NCBI GenBank assembly: GCA_951406725.2
Contig: OX597828.1
Coordinates: forward strand, 69,626,001 to 69,690,000
Origin: Octopus vulgaris
Taxonomy: Eukaryota
DNA length: 64,000 nt
Reading direction: 5' to 3'
In this document: piece after piece, positions 1-11,591 of the stretch
How the letters are laid out: each line of letters opens with the position of its first letter
How positions within the stretch are numbered: position 1 is the stretch's first letter
Made by a program: the position numbers and the translations under genes
Notes under the pieces: model-generated
Databases searched by the model: none
Told to the model about the DNA's origin: nothing
What the model saw: the letters and a program-made list of their open reading frames with translations, nothing else

Positions 1-410
1 TGTGTGTATTTGTGTCAGTTTGTGTGTAGGTGTATGTACATAAGACCACATGTAGGAGTAGGAGCATGTGTGTGTGTGTGTGGGAACAGGTGTGTGTGTA
101 TTTGTGTCAGTTTGTGTGTAGGTGTATGTACATAAGACCACGTGTAGGAGCATGTGTGTAGGTGTGTGTGTGGGGGGGAAGGTGTGTGCGTGTGTGTCAG
201 TTTGTGTGTAGGTGTATGTACATAAGACCATGTGTAGGAGTAGGAGCATGTGTGTGTGTGTGTGCGTGTGTGTGTGTGTGTGCATGAACAGGTGTGTGCG
301 TGTGTATTTGTGGATTGGTGTTTGTGTGTTTGTGGGAAAAGGTGTGTGCATGTGTGTGTGTTAATTTGTGTGTAGGTGTATGTACATAAGACCATGTGTA
401 GGAGTCAAAG

Positions 411-443
<33 letters not shown>

Positions 444-790
444 ATGAACAGGTGTGTGTGTTTGTGGATTGGTGTGTGTGTTTGTGGTGGTGTGTGTGTG
501 TGTGTGTTTGTGAATTGGTGTGTGTGTGGGAACAGTTGTGTGTATGTGTGTACATTAGTTTGTGTGTAGGTGTATGTACATAAGACCATGTGTAGGAGTC
601 AGAGCATGTGTGTGTGTGTGTGCATGAACAGGTGTGTGCGTGTGTGTGTGTGCATGAACAGGTGTGTGCATGTGTGTGTGTGTTAATTTGTGTGTAGGTG
701 TATGTACATATGACCATGTGTGGGAGAAGCATGTATGTAGGTGTGCACATGTGTGTGTGTGCGCACATGTGTGTGTGTTGGTTTGTTTAC
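1..790. repeat. TG-rich compound tandem repeat
   Basis: Six recurrences of TTTGTGTGTAGGTGTATGTACATA(A/T)GACCA separated by variable (TG)n. Confidence 0.9.
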
Positions 791-1118
791 ATGTGTATGT
801 ATTTATGTATGTATGTATAGTTATGTGTGGGTGTAGAAATATGTATGTTGGTTTGTATTTGTTGCTGTGTGTTGAAAGAGTGTGTGGGTGTGTTTATGTG
901 TGTGGGTGTATCTATGCGAGTGCATACATATGCACTTACTGAGTGTGGGTGTAGAACTCAATATCTAGGCATGGAGTTTTGTGAAGGTGTAAGATTGCAT
1001 GGAGGTGCAGGAGTAGATGCATATGTGAATATAAGTATGTGTGTGTGAATGTTTCATTTATGTATATATATACATATATACACATCTGAATGTAAAAGTG
1101 TGTATGTGAGTATATGCA

Positions 1119-1158
<40 letters not shown>

Positions 1159-1532
1159 AATATATATACATGTAAGTTTGTGTATGGGTGTAGATGTATG
1201 TATGCAGATCAGTATGAGAGTATGTGTGTGTGTGTGCATGTGAGAGAGAGAGAGAGTGTATATATAGAAGTATATATACAAATGTGCACAACTGCTTAGA
1301 CGTGTATATTCCTACATATATATATTGTTCAATGTGTTGATAAAAATACATATATATATATAAATATATATATACAAATGCACAAATATATATATACACA
1401 TACATATATATATGTGTGTGTGTGTATATATATATATATGTGTGTATATATATACACACACACACACACATTGTTTGTAGAAATGCATAAATCCAGGGGA
1501 GAAGTACACACTAAGACATAGAGCAGTTAATA

Positions 1533-1902
1533 TTATAGTGGGGTAGGCTGGTTTATGGGGTTACCTTGGATTTCTCACTCATAAGGGGTTTAGCCTTACG
1601 CTGTATCTTCAGACCCCAAACACTGCCGGATTGAGACCTCCTTAAAATATGGAGGGGGAAAAACCTCGTTTTTAAGGGTAAAACCCTAGATGTTTATCTC
1701 CCTTTGCCATTGTCCCTCAGTCTTCAGCTGCGCTGCTATCTTGCAGTCACTAAAGCACCACAAAGCTAAACGAGGCTTTCCCCTCCAGGTTTTAAAGAGG
1801 TTTCAGGCCAACAGTGTTTGGGGTCTGAAGATACACCACAAAACTCAACCCCTTATGAGTGAGAAACCCAGGGTAACATCATAAACTAGCCTACCCCACT
1901 AT

Positions 1903-1904
<2 letters not shown>
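1533..1904. mobile_element. Foldback element/MITE with ~140 bp inverted arms
   Basis: 1533-1672 is an imperfect reverse complement of 1767-1904 (TTATAGTGGGGTAGGCT...AGCCTACCCCACTATAA). Confidence 0.8.
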
Positions 1905-1944
<40 letters not shown>

Positions 1945-2069
1945 TATATACATACATATATATATATACGTACACATATATAAATATATATATATACACA
2001 CACCACACACACATACACACATAGATAGATAGATAGATAGACACACACACATACACATATACATACATA

Positions 2070-2108
<39 letters not shown>

Positions 2109-2134
2109 AGATGGGTGTGTAATCATATGCATTG

Positions 2135-2597
2135 CTATGTGGCAAGTAGTTTGCTTCTCAATGACAAGGTTCCAGGTTCAGTCCCACTGTGTGGCACCTG
2201 GAGCAGGTGTGTTGTTTTTTTTTATAACACTAGGCTGACAAAAGCCTTGTGAGTGGATTTTGTAGGCAGAAATTGAAAAAAAGCTTGTTATACATACATT
2301 CGTATGTGTGTGCGTGTATGTGTCTGTTTGTGTCATCACTGTCTCCTCACCATGACATCATGTGATAATTGTAAACAAGTGTCACCATTATGCAAGCAAT
2401 GTTCTTCACTTGCAGTTTTCTGCATAAATCTGCCCATTCATGGATAAATGTTAGCTTGGCTTGGAAATCGGTGAGGGTTGGCGACTGGAAAGGCATCCAG
2501 CTGTAGACAAATCTGTTTCGACAATTTCTATCCAAGACATGCAAGCATAGGAAAGCAGATGTTAAAACTATAATGTTGATGATGATGATAGTGATGA
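2135..2597 (+). mobile_element. tRNA-derived SINE with family-B head and RTE-LINE-like 3' tail
   Basis: Head as family B. Ends GAGGGTTGGCGACTGGAAAGGCATCCAGCTGTAGA...GCAAGCATAGGAAAGCAGATGTTAAAAC(gat)n. Related copies at about 10730-11030, 14250-14418, 58680-59072, 59400-59587 and 63510-63780. Confidence 0.75.
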
Positions 2598-2680
2598 TAT
2601 AAATACACATATACGTGTGTCTTTTTATATACATATACACACACACACATGCATATATATATACATATATATATATGTAA

Positions 2681-2737
<57 letters not shown>

Positions 2738-2812
2738 GGAGAGATGTATATATACGCACAAATATATATATATATATACATCTTAAAATATATATGTATA
2801 TATATATATGTG

Positions 2813-2847
<35 letters not shown>

Positions 2848-2888
2848 ATATATATATGTGTATATATATATGTGTATATATATATGTG

Positions 2889-2938
<50 letters not shown>

Positions 2939-3249
2939 TAGTTTGCTTCAGTTCCCCACCTCCCCCTCGTCTCCCCCTTCTCTAGTAATACTATTACATT
3001 TCCTGTCTATACAATTATACATAATAATAATGTCGTGTCAAGATAAAGTGATTCTTGAGCGGAAAGCTTGTTAGGGATGCCATGCTTGGATTCAAACAGA
3101 ACCATATACAAACAGACACATTCACACATACATACGTGCATGCATACACACACACACACACATACATACATACATACATACATACATACAGTATACACAC
3201 ACACATACATACATACATACAGTATACACACACACATACATACATACAT

Positions 3250-3280
<31 letters not shown>

Positions 3281-3400
3281 TACATATATACATACATACA
3301 TACATACATACACACACACATATATACATACATACATATATGCATACAAGCACAAATACTAATATACATACAGTATACACATATACACATATGTATATAT

Positions 3401-3432
<32 letters not shown>

Positions 3433-3499
3433 TCAGATATGTACATACATAGCCACCAGCTCATGCCTCATGGTGAAATGCCTACAAGCACATCCATGC

Positions 3500-3536
<37 letters not shown>

Positions 3537-4116
3537 GATTCAAGCTTATACATATATATACATATTACTACATGTATGTAAGTGTATATATATCTGGGCG
3601 TTATACTAATACATCTGTTCGTTTTGTACACCACCTGTCTTCATCTTCTGTTTTTTCGTAAGCTCTCCCTATATATCTGTGTGTGTGTGTGTGTGTGTGT
3701 ATGCTATATGACTTCTCAAGCTGTCACTCAGAGTTTCATGTAATTCTGTGTAACAATTTGTGAAGTTTTCTACAGCTTCAGTAAAACATTTTACTCTACT
3801 TTTGGTATTCGAGTACTATTTTTTGCTGCCTAGTTTTGCACCTATGTGCTAATTTGTGCATGTGCAAGTGAATATATATATATATATATATATATATACG
3901 TACACATATAAATGTATATATATATATATACATTGATTGTATATATATTGATTGCATTGATTGCGAAATCACAGGTGATATGTAACTAAATTCTGTTTTT
4001 AAATGACTCGCTTCGAAGATTGCATTCAGTACAATTTGTTTATTTTGGTAGTTTTGACTTTAAAAGTCCCTCCTAGCATGTGGCATCTATGTGTAATAAT
4101 GCCCTCTATATAATAC

Positions 4117-4149
<33 letters not shown>

Positions 4150-4155
<6 letters not shown>

Positions 4156-4530
4156 AGTAGCTTGCTAACCAACCACATGGTTCTGGGTTCAGTCCCACTG
4201 CATGGCATCTTGGGCAAGTGTCTTCTGCTATAGTTCTGGGCCAACCCAAAGCATTGTGAGTGGATTTGGTAGACGGAAACTGAAAGAAGCCTGTCGTATA
4301 TATGTATATATATGTGTGTGTTTGTGTGTCTGTGTTTGTCCCCCTAGCATTGCTTGACAACCGATGCTGGTGTGTTTACGTCGCCGTCACTTAGCGGTTC
4401 GGCAAAAGAGACCGATAGAATAAGTACTGGGCTTACAAAGAATAAGTTCTGGGGTCGATTTGCTCGACTAAAGGCGGTGCTCCAGCATGGCCGCAGTCAA
4501 CTGACTGAAACAAGTAAAAGAGTAAGAGAG
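4150..4530 (+). mobile_element. tRNA-derived SINE family B (CORE-like box, tail ...TGACTGAAACAAGTAAAAGA)
   Basis: B-box-like GGTTCAGTCCC and TTGGGCAAGTGTCTTCT box. Other copies at about 16744-16948(+), 44846-45145(-), 47240-47612(+) and 60190-60380(+). Confidence 0.85.
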
Positions 4531-4695
4531 TATATATATATTACTTTTTGAGATCTAGTTATATGTTTTATAATAATATATATTATTTGTTATTTATGTT
4601 ATTTATGTATTGGTTTATGTCTATCACTGTTTGAGTTGCATAATTGTGGTTTTACAAAACCATTCAGATTTCTGAGTACCTCATTTATTCTAATA

Positions 4696-5068
4696 TCATC
4701 ATCATCATCATCATCATTTAGCGTCCGTTTTCCATGCTAGCATGGGTTGGACGGTTCAACTGGGGTCTGGGGAGCCCAAAGGCTGCACCAGGCCAGTCAG
4801 ATCTGGCAGTGTTTCTACAGCTGGATGCCCTTCCTAACGCCAACCACTCCGAGAGTGTAGTGGGTGATTTTATGTGCCACCGACACAGGTCCCAGACGAG
4901 GCTGGCGAACGGCGACGCTCGGATGGTGTTTTTATGTGCCACCGACACAGGTGCCAGACGAGGCTGGCAGACGGCCACGCTCGGATGGTGTTTTTATGTG
5001 CCACCGACACAGGTGCCAGATGAGGCTGGCGGACGGCCACGATCGGATGGTGTTTGTTACGGAGGCCA

Positions 5069-5070
<2 letters not shown>
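4696..5070 (-). mobile_element. RTE LINE 3' UTR/tail copy
   Basis: (cat)n TTAGCGTCCGTTTTCCATGCTAGCATGGGTTGGACGG is the reverse complement of the LINE end. Three internal units of about 62 bp. Confidence 0.85.
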
Positions 5071-5105
<35 letters not shown>

Positions 5106-5391
5106 TGTGTGTGTGTGTGTATGACGACGGTAATGACAGTGGTAGTGGCAGAGTGGTGGTGGTTTCAAATTTTGGCACAAGGCCAGCAATTTAGAGGGAG
5201 TGTGTAAGTTGATTACATTGACCCGCCCACCCCCACCCTCAATGCTCAACTGATACTTATTGAAATGAAACCTGAAAGCATGGAAAGCAAAACTGACTTC
5301 AGCAGAATCTGAACCCAGAATATAAAAAAACGGATGGAATGCCTCTAAGCATTTTGTCTGATGTGCTAGCAATTCTACCAGCTCACCATCT

Positions 5392-5541
5392 TACTATTAC
5401 TACTACTACTGATGACGATGATGACGATGACGATGATGATGAATATGACAACGATGATGATGACGATGGTGATGTTGATGATGCTGCTGCTGATGATGAT
5501 GTTGATGACGATGTCGATGATGATGATGATGATGATGATGA

Positions 5542-5580
<39 letters not shown>

Positions 5581-5668
5581 TGGTGATGGTGACGATGACG
5601 ATGACGATGACGATAACGATGACGATGACGATGACGATGACGTTGATGATGATGATGATAATGATGGT
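5392..5668. repeat. (GAT/GAC)n trinucleotide microsatellite
   Basis: Directly visible; gives the spurious poly-D and poly-M ORFs. Confidence 0.95.
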
Positions 5669-5711
5669 TAATAACTTTTGTGATGAACCTTGTTCTTTTC
5701 CTTTTTTGTAG

Positions 5712-5871
5712 GGTTGCTGTACATGGGGGAGTGTTAGTGGCCGTAAGGTCATTCTGCAACCAGTGAGTATCCTGACATTGACCAAAGCAGTTGAACAAGA
5801 AGCTCTGAGAAAGGTAGCACTGACCAAAGCACAAAAAATAATGCCAGACTGTACCATAGAGATTCCAAAAG
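5712..5871 (+). CDS. ARHGAP6: ARHGAP6-like RhoGAP, first coding exon seen in window (5' exons not found, presumably upstream)
   Basis: tag| acceptor and |gttggt donor. Encodes GCCTWGSVSGRKVILQPVSILTLTKAVEQEALRKVALTKAQKIMPDCTIEIPK, resembling the ARHGAP6 block TWNSMSGRSVRL...CQITIPK (recalled). Phase 0 to 1. Confidence 0.88.
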
Positions 5872-6104
5872 GTTGGTGAATCCCTTTCAAATTCCTATTT
5901 TTAGTGTCTGTCTCTCTATCGGACTGCCAATGTGTCTGTCAGTCTGTCTCTGTCAGTCTGTCTCGGTATCCCTCTAACTGTTTTCTTTTAAACATTTTCT
6001 TTCATTTGAGAATGGTCTTAAACCACTACTGTCCCTAAAAGTTGTTTTTTTTATATTTACTACGGATTGCTTGAAGCTAACTTTCTTCCTACACGTCGAT
6101 CCCT

Positions 6105-6155
<51 letters not shown>

Positions 6156-6320
6156 CATATATGTGTGTGTGTATATATATATACATATATATATGTTCAT
6201 ATATGTGTATATATATATATATATATATAGATATATATTAGTAAATAAATGGAGTTGAACGCAGATGTTATTCAAATTCTTTTACTTTCGACATATGTTT
6301 CGAAGACAACATTGTCTTCA

Positions 6321-6710
6321 TGCCATGCTTGAGGAGACCTATTGAGTCAAGTACATCAACATCAGTAATATAAGAATCAAACCAAATTGAAATTGTAGCA
6401 CGTAAAAGCACCATCCGAACATGGCAGATGCCAGTGCCGCTTTAACTGGCTTCTGTGCCGGTGGCACGTAAAAAGCACCATCCAATCGTGGTTGATGCCA
6501 GCTCTTCTGGCCCCTGTGCCAGTGGCGCATAAAAGGCACCCACTACACTCTCGGAGTGGCTGGCATTTGGAAGGGCATCCAGCTGTAGAAACACTGCCAG
6601 ATCAGATTGGGGCCTGGAGCAGCCTCCTGGCTTCCCAGACCCCAGTCGAACCATTCAATGCATGCCAGCATGGAAAACGGACGTTAAATGCTGCTGCTGC
6701 TGATGATGAT
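6321..6710 (+). mobile_element. RTE LINE 3' UTR/tail copy
   Basis: ...GGAAGGGCATCCAGCTGTAGAAACACTGCCAGA...GCATGGAAAACGGACGTTAAA plus tail. Confidence 0.85.
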
Positions 6711-7091
6711 AAGGATATATAATTGTAGGATCTAAGGATCAAGGTGTAGGAAGAAAGTGAGTTTTAAGCAAACTGTAGTAGATATAAAAAAAAAAACTTT
6801 TAGGGAGAGTGGTGGTTTATTGAGATGGAAGGTTGTGAAATTTTTCTTTTTTATATTTCCCAGTAGGCACCCAGGGTTGCTGCGTGTGCAAATAAGAACA
6901 CAAGAGTTAAGGAATGGAGTAGATAGGAACCAGGTTACTTATGTTTCATAAAGAGCAGATCCGTGGAAGTGGTAAATATCCACTTCTGAGGTCCCACTTG
7001 CTATGAAACATATGTAGCCTGGATCTTATCTATTCCATTACTTAACTCTTGTATGTATGTATGTATGTATGTATGTGTGTGTGTGTGTGTA

Positions 7092-7337
7092 AAAGGTAGG
7101 AGAGTCCAGTTTGCTGGACATTGTTGTAGAGCTGAAAACGAGGCAATTTCTACTCTTCTCCTCTGGAAGCCATCTACTCACAATATCAGAGGGCACACAC
7201 TCTCCTACCCTGATGTAATCTCCAGGGATATGGGCATCCAGCAACAGGACCTCCGTAATGCTATGATGGACCATGAAGTCTGGCATAGCATGGTAAATTC
7301 CATTGTCATGACTACGGTCGAATAATGATGATGATGA
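7092..7337 (+). mobile_element. 3' fragment of a second RTE-like LINE family
   Basis: KGRRVQFAGHCCRAENEAISTLLLWKP...AMMDHEVW...VE* followed directly by a (gat)n tail. Confidence 0.75.
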
Positions 7338-7396
<59 letters not shown>

Positions 7397-7398
<2 letters not shown>

Positions 7399-9066
7399 CG
7401 GGTAGAGGTAGGAGTCCACCAAGGCTCAGTACTCAGCCCCCTCCTATTTATCATAGTCCTCCAGGCAATAACGGAGGAATTCAAGACAGGATGCCCTTGG
7501 GAGCTCCTCTATGCTGATGACCTTGCTCTAATTGCTGAGTCGCTATCAGAACTGGAGGAGAAGTTTCAGGTGTGGAAACAAGGATTAGAATCGAAGGGCC
7601 TCAGAGTCAATCTAGCTAAAACCAAAGTCGTAATCAGTAGGAAGGTAGACAAATCACAAACACCTTCAGGTAGATGGCCCTGCTCGATCTGTAGAAAAGG
7701 TGTAGGTAGAAACTCTATAAGATGCACCAAGTGTAAGCTATGGACACATAAGAGATGCAGCAATGTCAAAGGAAGGCTAACTAGGAAGATGGTTTTTGTA
7801 TGTGGCAGATGCTCAGGAACAATAAACACTGAAAATGCTCTGAGACCAACTTCCGTCACTTTCCAGGGAGAAAAACTAGAAATAGTTGATAGTTTCCGTT
7901 ACCTAGGTGACCAAGTCAGCAGCGGGGGCGGGTGTGCTGAAAGTGTAACTGCTAGAGTAAGAATAGCTTGGGCAAAGTTCAGAGAGCTCTTACCTCTGCT
8001 GGTGACAAAAGGCCTCTCACACAGAGTGAAAGGCAGACTGTATGATGCGTGTGTACGAACAGCCATGCTACATGGCAGTGAAACATGGGCCATGACTGCT
8101 GAGGATATGCGTAAGCTCGCTAGAAATGAAGCCAGTATGCTCCGATGGATGTGTAATGCCGGTACTCACACTCGGCAGAGTGTAAGTACCTTGAGAGAAA
8201 AGCTGGACCTAAGAAGCATCAGTTGTGGTGTGCAAGGGAGACGTTTGCGCTGGTATGGTCATGTGGCGAGAATGGATGAAGATAGTTGTGTGAAAAAGTG
8301 CCACACCCTAGCGGTTGAGGGAACCTGTGGAAGAGGCAGACCCAGGAAAACCTGGGACGAGGTGGTGAAGCACGACCTTCGAACTTTAGGTCTCACTGAG
8401 GAAATGACTAGAGACCGAGACCTCTGGAAGTGTGCTGTGCACGAGAAGACCCGGCAGGACAAGTGAGTCCATAACCCGTGGCCTTCTACATGGGATGGAG
8501 CCGGCCTACGTATGCATACCTTCCCTTCTTGGGACACAAAACTCTACTTGTGAAGACGTGTTGAGGCAAGTGAGGATCAGAATCGAAATCGATCAATGGA
8601 AATTGCGGATGTGCTACCAGTGCCGGTGGCATGTCAAAACTCTGCTTGTGAAGACCCGTTGAGGCAAGTGAGGATCAGAATCGAAATCGATCAATGGAAA
8701 TCGATCAATGGAAATTGCAGATGTGTTACCAGTGCCGGTGGCATGTAAGAGAACTTTCCGTTTCGCGACCGTTGCCAGCACCGCCCCGTTTCGTGTCCGT
8801 TGCCAGCCTCGCCTGGCACATAAAAAGCACCATCCGTTCGTGGCCGTTTGCCAGCTCTGTCTGGCACCAGTGCGGGTGGCACGTAAAAAGCACCCACTAC
8901 ACTCACGGAGTGGTTGGCGTTAGGAAGGGCATCCAGCCGTAGAAACACTGCCAGATTTGACTGGGCCTGATGAAGCCTTCTGGCTTCACAGACCCCAGTA
9001 GAACCGTCCAACCCATGCTAGCATGGAAAACGGACGCTAAACGATGATGATGATGATGATGATGAT
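7397..9066 (+). mobile_element. 5'-truncated RTE-type LINE: open RT C-terminal half, 3' UTR, (GAT)n tail
   Basis: Stop-free frame to 8466 with GVHQGSVLSPLLF, LLYADD, NLAKTK, FRYLG, MLHGSETW, LRWYGHVARM and GRGRPRKTW. About 600 bp 3' UTR ending in (gat)n. The 5' end abuts (TA)n. Confidence 0.93.
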
Positions 9067-9376
9067 ATAATTGCAGCACACAATCTCAGATCAGGTCACT
9101 TACTATGCAAGTACATCTCCAAAATATATATCTAACTTAACAGCACTACCTGACAATATTATTATATTATATATATATATATATGGAGTTGTGTGTGTGT
9201 GTGAGTCTAAATTAATGAATGACAAGAAAACAGAAGTTATGAAATTGCTTTCATTAGCTAACAGTTGTTTCTGCTACAGGAAACTGTGCACCCAGAACTG
9301 GGTGGCAGTGCAGCATCTCATAACCTCATAACTTCCTCAGACCCATTTTAATGAAATGTTTTTTTTTTTACTGCAG

Positions 9377-9457
9377 CATGTGTGGATGCCAAACGACAGA
9401 AGCGGCTGAAAAAACGGTCTCAGTCTGTGAACCTTGGTGGCCTTCTATCACAGAAAG
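9377..9457 (+). CDS. ARHGAP6: ARHGAP6-like exon (basic segment)
   Basis: ctgcag| and |gtaagc. Phase 1 to 1. (A)CVDAKRQKRLKKRSQSVNLGGLLSQK. Confidence 0.85.
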
Positions 9458-9821
9458 GTAAGCTGCTGAAATTCTACCATTTCCAAAAATATTAGCAGCA
9501 ATTTCTTCATATACCCAACAATTACATTTTCTGCTATGCTACTCATAAAGTTTTGGTTAGCTTGGGGCATTAGTAGAAGTCACTTACCCTAGCTGCTGTG
9601 CTGTGGGACTGAACCCAAAATGGCATGGCAGCCATATCTGTACCTCACATACCATCATAAATACTCACATGACCATACATACTCACATACACGCAAGCAC
9701 ACTTGCAGACACACACACACACACACATACACACACTCACACACACACTCACACACTGATACACAGACACACTCACACACACACACACACTCATACACAC
9801 ACACTCACACATACACTCACT

Positions 9822-9858
<37 letters not shown>

Positions 9859-10205
9859 TTGCATGCTCAGATGTTATGTTGGTGAGTTCCAAATTCTGGA
9901 TTAGTTAATCCAGATTACAAAAAGATAAATCCTGTCATTGCAACCTGTTGCAATGATCTTGTTAATCTTTAATTGCTCTTTAATTAGTCTGTGATTGGTT
10001 TCTGATTCATCTATGATTAGTCTTTAATTGATGTTTGATTGGTTTGTGATTGATCTTCAATTGATCTTTTAACTTTGGGCGCAAAGAATCTGTGATCTGT
10101 TGGGTATGGCTTTCATTACTTCTTAATTATTCTTTAAACTTGCATTTGATTGAACGCTAATTGGTTTTGGACTATCATGGATTGATCTGTTAAATTTTGT
10201 TCCAG

Positions 10206-10329
10206 AGGAACCGCGACCTGTTGGTTTGGTCTTTGAAATTCCATTGTCAAGGTGTATAGCAAATGAAAATAACTTGAAGAAGCGGCGTAACAAATCCCTG
10301 GGAGAGGCAACAGAGAAACGTGAATTGAA
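10206..10329 (+). CDS. ARHGAP6: ARHGAP6-like exon
   Basis: tccag| and |gtaagt. Phase 1 to 2. EEPRPVGLVFEIPLSRCIANENNLKKRR..., resembling ARHGAP6 FGMPLSQVIAND (recalled). Confidence 0.88.
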
Positions 10330-11543
10330 GTAAGTAAGAATTGGTAGTTTTCCCAACAGCAACAGCAACAATAATAATGTTCCATCTGTTCATGTTCTGA
10401 GTTTATTGTGTCATTAAGATGTTTGCTTGGCAATCCCTTGGGTCTGAGTTCAGTCTCATTCTATGGATTTTAGGCAAATGTCTTTGAGCAATGTTTTTAG
10501 GTAAATATCTTTTGGGTATATTTTGTTGGGCAAATGCTTTTTGGGGAAAAAAACCTTCAAGCAATTATATTTTTAGGCAAACACCTTAGGGCAAATGCTT
10601 TTAGACAATTGTCTTTGGGGCAAATGTCTTTCGGCAATTTTTTTATATCTTTGAACAAAGGCCTCTGGGCACATGTCTTTGTGCAATTATTTTGGTCAAA
10701 TGCCTTTGAGCAAATGGTTTTGGCACCTTGGACACTATAGCTCTGGACTGACCGACACCTTCTTAGTGAAATTGGTAGACAGAAACTAAAAGGTGGCTAT
10801 TGTGTGTGTGTGTGTGTTCTTATCTTGACACATGATAGATGTAAACAAATGTCACTGTTACACAAGCAGTGCCATTTATTTCTAGCATTCTGAGAATACA
10901 GGTCTGACCATTGAGGAAATATCACTTTGCTTGGAAACAGGTAAGGGTTGGTGACAGGAAGAGCATTCACCTGTAAAAAAATTCTATAAACCCTGTCCAC
11001 AGAAAAGTGAACTTTAAAGCAATGATGATAATGAGGAGGCAGGTGATGGTTATCCAGTCAGAGAGGGGTGATATGTGAGTTGATATTGATGGAGTAAATA
11101 CCAGTTATATATCAGGGTGTCAGTTCATTCAACTATGATGTTAACTCAAACAGAAATTGTCAGTGCATCTTGTGGCTTGTCGAAATCAATCGATTGCTAA
11201 GTGGGTTGCCACATTGTTGACAATCCAGCTGAACTTTAATGTCGATCCTTGCTAAATGTCAAGAAATATTACTTAAAGATGGAACTGGAAATGTGGCAGA
11301 AAATTATCCCGAATCTTTTCCACCAATCTCTTCACGGTTCTTCTGAGCCAAAGGAGGAAAGAGGGGATTGAGGATGTGGCTGTGTGTGTCTGTGTGTATG
11401 GATATATGTATGTATACACTTGTGCATGTATGCGTGAATATACATACACATATCTGTACATACATATATATATACACACAAAATATATACACAAACACAC
11501 ATGCACACTCACACATGCACACTCACACACACATATACACACG

Positions 11544-11591
<48 letters not shown>

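Noticed and set aside
15-3661. Many long ORFs rich in Y/I/C/V/H/T, also at 11273-11870, 28164-31189, 42802-43433 and 47586-48347
   Set aside because: Translations of (TA)n, (TG)n and (TACA)n simple repeats with no coding signal.
3721-3742. Minus-strand GAAACTCTGAGTG (hammerhead-like 3' half)
   Set aside because: No CUGANGA core or stem II, and the cleavage triplet would be non-canonical.
4865-5060. Regularly spaced ~60-bp repeats resembling a CRISPR array
   Set aside because: No unique spacers and no cas genes. They are tandem units of a eukaryotic LINE 3' UTR.
5339-5890. Poly-Asp, poly-Met and poly-His/Arg ORFs
   Set aside because: Products of an intronic (GAT/GAC)n microsatellite. The real exon begins at 5712.
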